DNA of 40,570 nucleotides. It comes from Trichoplax adhaerens (taxonomy: Eukaryota; Animalia; Placozoa). A program made the position numbers and the translations under genes. The notes beneath the pieces are model-generated. The model searched no databases. It saw only the letters and a list, made by a program, of their open reading frames with translations, and was not told where the DNA came from. Location: contig NW_002060999.1 in assembly GCF_000150275.1 (NCBI RefSeq), forward strand, positions 1 through 40,570. Direction: 5' to 3'. This document shows, piece by piece, positions 36,767 to 40,570 of the stretch. Each line of letters begins with the position of its first letter. The stretch's first letter is position 1.

Positions 36767-37739
36767 ATGTCCTACTTAACGAAGATCAATAACTCAAACG
36801 AAAATTCTAATCACAGAATAGTCGGAAAAGAAATATGTTGCTATTGAACTTGTAATTCTAATCTTATTTTGTATTTATCAACTGCCGATAATCTATTCAG
36901 CTTGATAAAAATTTATTGTTCTGCAACCTTAGGGTCGTTGAATGATTGTCTTTTAATAGTACTAGCATGCACTGATTTCCTAATCGGCTTGATTGCAATA
37001 CCGATTACAATTATTATTTCATTCTACGGTCAAGGAGAAGTTTTACGTAAAATTTAAGATTTCTTTATATCTATTTCAACGGTACTTCATAAGTAATGGC
37101 AAGGGCTGTTAGCATAGATCGTTGTTCGGCTGTGTATAACTCCAACTCTTATTTATCTTAATTGCGTGGCTCACGAAATGATATTATCACTATAAGCACA
37201 CATTTAATATCTGTACCACTTACTATATCGTGTTGGCGTTATTACCAATTCTTATATATGGCTTCGGAAAATGTACTTATCAAGGGATTTTCTGAATTTC
37301 TTAAATGGTCGATTCATGTTATTATGTTGATATTGGAATATTTACGATTGGTATCTGTATAGCTATCGGGGTTATCATTTACTACTATTCCATTATATTT
37401 TATATCACATATCATAAAGCAAACAAACATGCCTTTAGTTCACTTTGAAGGTATTCAAAAATTTGTTTGCACTACATCGTCAATTGTTGGTACAAACATA
37501 ATATCTCGTCTACTAATGATGGTAATTGGTATTTGCGATTTAACGTATTATCTTATATTTCATAAAAGTTTACTTTATCTAATCGTACTCAATTAGTCGG
37601 TCTTCTCTTCAAATACGCCACTGTAGCTACAAACCCATTTATTTACTCTATAAATAATACGATTTTAAGATGGAGCATGATAATGTCGCTAAAGAGACTT
37701 TATAAAATAGTTCTTTGTTGCAGAAATGCCACATTTTAA
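36767..37739 (+). pseudogene. Class A GPCR pseudogene, heavily decayed (paralog 6)
   Basis: ATG at 36767 (MSYLTKINNS). Fragments LACTDFLIG, VSIDRCSAVYN, IVGTNI and NPFIYSINN. Many frameshifts and stops, e.g. TAA at 37055 in place of the Q of IQGF. Confidence 0.88.
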
Positions 37740-39892
37740 GGATAAAATGAGATTCATCTATGATATCAATAAGTCACAGTAATTCTCATATTTCCATAAT
37801 GGATGTAAGTATATCTCTTTTATAATGTTTAACGGCATTTTCATGTCAAATTTTAATTATTCTTTGATTTTTTGATTTGTAATCTTTTCAAGCATCATCT
37901 GTATTCGCATAACGTCCTACGCATCTTAAATATTGCCTTGAGATAAAAAATGGCAAGCGTTACCGATGCATACAAATATGCTACAGGATAAATATATAAG
38001 TTCTCTTCCTTTTAAAAGCTGATTTAGTATTATCAATTGCTTACAAAGTTATAATATATCATTATATCGAAGTGGGATTGGATACTGTACATAATGTTAG
38101 AAATTTCGAAGGCACCGCTAATTTCTAGTGATGGGTTTATCATAAATTTTAGCTTTTATATGTTAAGCATATTCAATCAAGGTAAAGCTAAGATCATAGT
38201 CCATTATTTGAATCTGAACCATCATATTTTATCAACATGGTACGGATAGCTACAAGAGTGAAACAGTAACTATGGATATTAATAACATCAGGCTAATCAA
38301 TATCCTAATCGTGGGTCATTTTATATCGAACTCATTTAGTCAATATAGCGTAGTTTTTAGTGCTTTTTTTAAATCTGATGGCCTTAGTTTAATAATCTGT
38401 GCGAATAATAAATGAATTAAATTACAAGATATACTACAATATTAGTAAAATGTAAAGAAATCATCAGGAAAAACGGCGTAATTTTATTGTGCTATCCGTT
38501 TTCTTCTGTCGCATCTAAATTTTCTCTTTGGAAAAGTCATCTAATGTAGTGGACATTACTTAAAATTTACATCTGGGTTATAATCTGACAGTTTTAATCT
38601 AGAATCAAGCTTTCCAAAAATAAATACCTCCATAATATGTCCGATGGCAATGACGGCGAATTTCATAATTGATATTTCATATAAATAGTTTTTATCCTTC
38701 GATATTATTGCATGTACTACCGAATAAAATCATACATTTAATGACGATAAGAATTATAAATAGTACGAGAAAGCGTTGTGGCACGCGTCTTTTCCAGTAA
38801 TTATTCCACTCATGCACTTATGACATAAAGTAAACATAAACGAGGAAAAATTTCATGCAATAGCAACGTGAATTTAGGAATAAGAAACGTTTGCTACGAT
38901 TATCAGTGCAGCTGATTGTTGGATGCTTGAAAGTTGCTAAAGATTCAGTAAGAAATATTCTGCTGTAGTAAATACCTACCGTTAACAGCATGAGAAATCC
39001 TAAGAATCTATGAATTAGTATTATAATTCAATTCATGGTAGGTCAGGTGTCATAAATAGTACATTCAGATGTAGGGATAAGAGAACCAAATTAGTGAATG
39101 TTCATAGCCTTGTTGCATTACTAGTATGTGTTGTAAATCGAAATTTGCAACAAGATGAGGTTAAAACTAGTACAGAACATTACAACACTATGAACCTACT
39201 ATCAGGTTTATTTCTTTGATATCTACCTACAGTATGACTCGAAATACTAGCAATCTGTTATCGTCATGAATATCATGTCTGCGTGATATTTGTTATGATG
39301 CTTTGGCAACGAAAGAAATAGCTTTTAAAATTTAACTGTTGAATTTGGATTAAGTAACGAAAGCATTTGATAGGTATATCCGGTAAAACCCTTTCAATAG
39401 AATTATCCCTAATAATTTTGTCGTAAATAAAGTAAATCTTTAATAGCCTTTTCAATTGTCTCCCTCTCTTATGATCTACATCACTTATAACAATCAACGA
39501 CACTAGTCATAAAATGAACCAGCAATTACGCAAAATTGAACTTGATAAAGCTAAAACTGTCGTTCAGAGTTCTGCGACAATTTTTTTCAAATAAATGGAA
39601 AATTTAATTTCCTTTGTTATTTTATTAACTTGACAATGTTATCAATACAACAATAAGGTGCATTTTTTAATCTGGATTGCTATTCATCTCGATTAAACTA
39701 CAATAACATTATTGATTTCATAGACCTATTTTAATTATATTTCGCTACTTGATTTGATGATGCTTTAATTTATTTGTTCTTGCTAACTGAAATCGTATGC
39801 TTAATTCTTAACAAATTTTACAAAATCGAAAGTGGCTAGATTGAAGAAATTAGTTTTTGTCAGAATACGCGGCGTTGGAAGAAAAATCCTCC

Positions 39893-40570
39893 ATGGAGAA
39901 TACCACATCATTTAATACTACCTATTCCGCGAGAGAGGATGGACATTACCTTTACATGCAGCTTTTTACTTTAATTTTAATTACTATAATATCTGTTGGA
40001 GCTAATTTTTTCAACTTAGTCATTATTTACAACTCTCCAGCCTTATGGCCGATCAACAACTGTTTATTAACAGCACTTACTATCACAGATTTCCTGACGG
40101 GTTTAATTGTAATGCCTTGTGCTATTTCGGCATTACTTCAAGGCAGCGATGCTATCCTGTGTAAGATACAAGGTTTTTTAGTAACATTATTCAATGGGGC
40201 ATCACTGGTAATGGCAACAGCAGTAAGTGTTGATCGATGTTCTGCTGTTTATAATCCATATAATTATTTATCAGATTTACGAGCATCGCGTTATGCAATA
40301 TCAATTGCAGCAGTTTGGCTCGTACCTCTTCCATTAGCCATTATTCCACTACTGCCTTTTGAAAAGTATGGCTTGGGTAGATATACCTACCAGAATGTTT
40401 GCTGGATTTCGTTATCTGTTGATTCCTCAAATTACGCTGCTATTGGAATATTTGCAGCTTCCATTACTTGTGCAATTCTTATTATTGTGTGCTGTTACAC
40501 AATTATATTTTATATTGCATATCGTAAAAGTAATACTCCTTTAGTGAGCTTCAACGGAATCAAAAATCAA
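39893..40570 (+). CDS. Class A GPCR paralog 7, 5' 226 codons (TM1-TM5), truncated by the window end; possibly frameshifted at ~40565
   Basis: CCATGG start. Open frame with no stop: MENTTSFNTT...GANFFNL...ITDFLTG...LCKIQGF...VDRCSAVYNPY...GLGRY...VCW...CCYTIIFYIAY. Missing from the ORF track because there is no stop codon in the window. Confidence 0.9.
   Translation, partial: MENTTSFNTTYSAREDGHYLYMQLFTLILITIISVGANFFNLVIIYNSPALWPINNCLLTALTITDFLTGLIVMPCAISALLQGSDAILCKIQGFLVTLFNGASLVMATAVSVDRCSAVYNPYNYLSDLRASRYAISIAAVWLVPLPLAIIPLLPFEKYGLGRYTYQNVCWISLSVDSSNYAAIGIFAASITCAILIIVCCYTIIFYIAYRKSNTPLVSFNGIKNQ

Noticed and set aside
1-40570. CRISPR arrays, tRNA/rRNA genes, prokaryotic operons
   Set aside because: No regular repeat-spacer array or RNA-gene motifs seen, and the content is eukaryotic.

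Overview
AT-rich eukaryotic (animal) genomic DNA with three assembly gaps (1716-1765, 14039-14515, 21671-21720). The basal-metazoan/placozoan (Trichoplax-like) appearance is inference only. The window holds a head-to-tail cluster of seven paralogous class A (rhodopsin-like) GPCR genes, all on + and without coding introns. One is intact (6280-7329), one has a single nonsense codon (16640-17626), four are clearly decayed (one of these is a 3'-half fragment), and one runs off the window end (39893-40570, missing from the ORF track). Copies 4 and 5 lie in a tandem segmental duplication. The spacers hold about a dozen 0.35-0.63 kb solo-LTR-like elements (TGT...ACA ends, 5-bp target-site duplications, TATA then AATAAA) from at least six families. 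These include a three-level nested insertion at 22387-23985, shared terminal modules, and a 5'-terminal hairpin that recurs in families with different sequences. I found no gag/pol/integrase coding sequence, RNA genes or CRISPR arrays.
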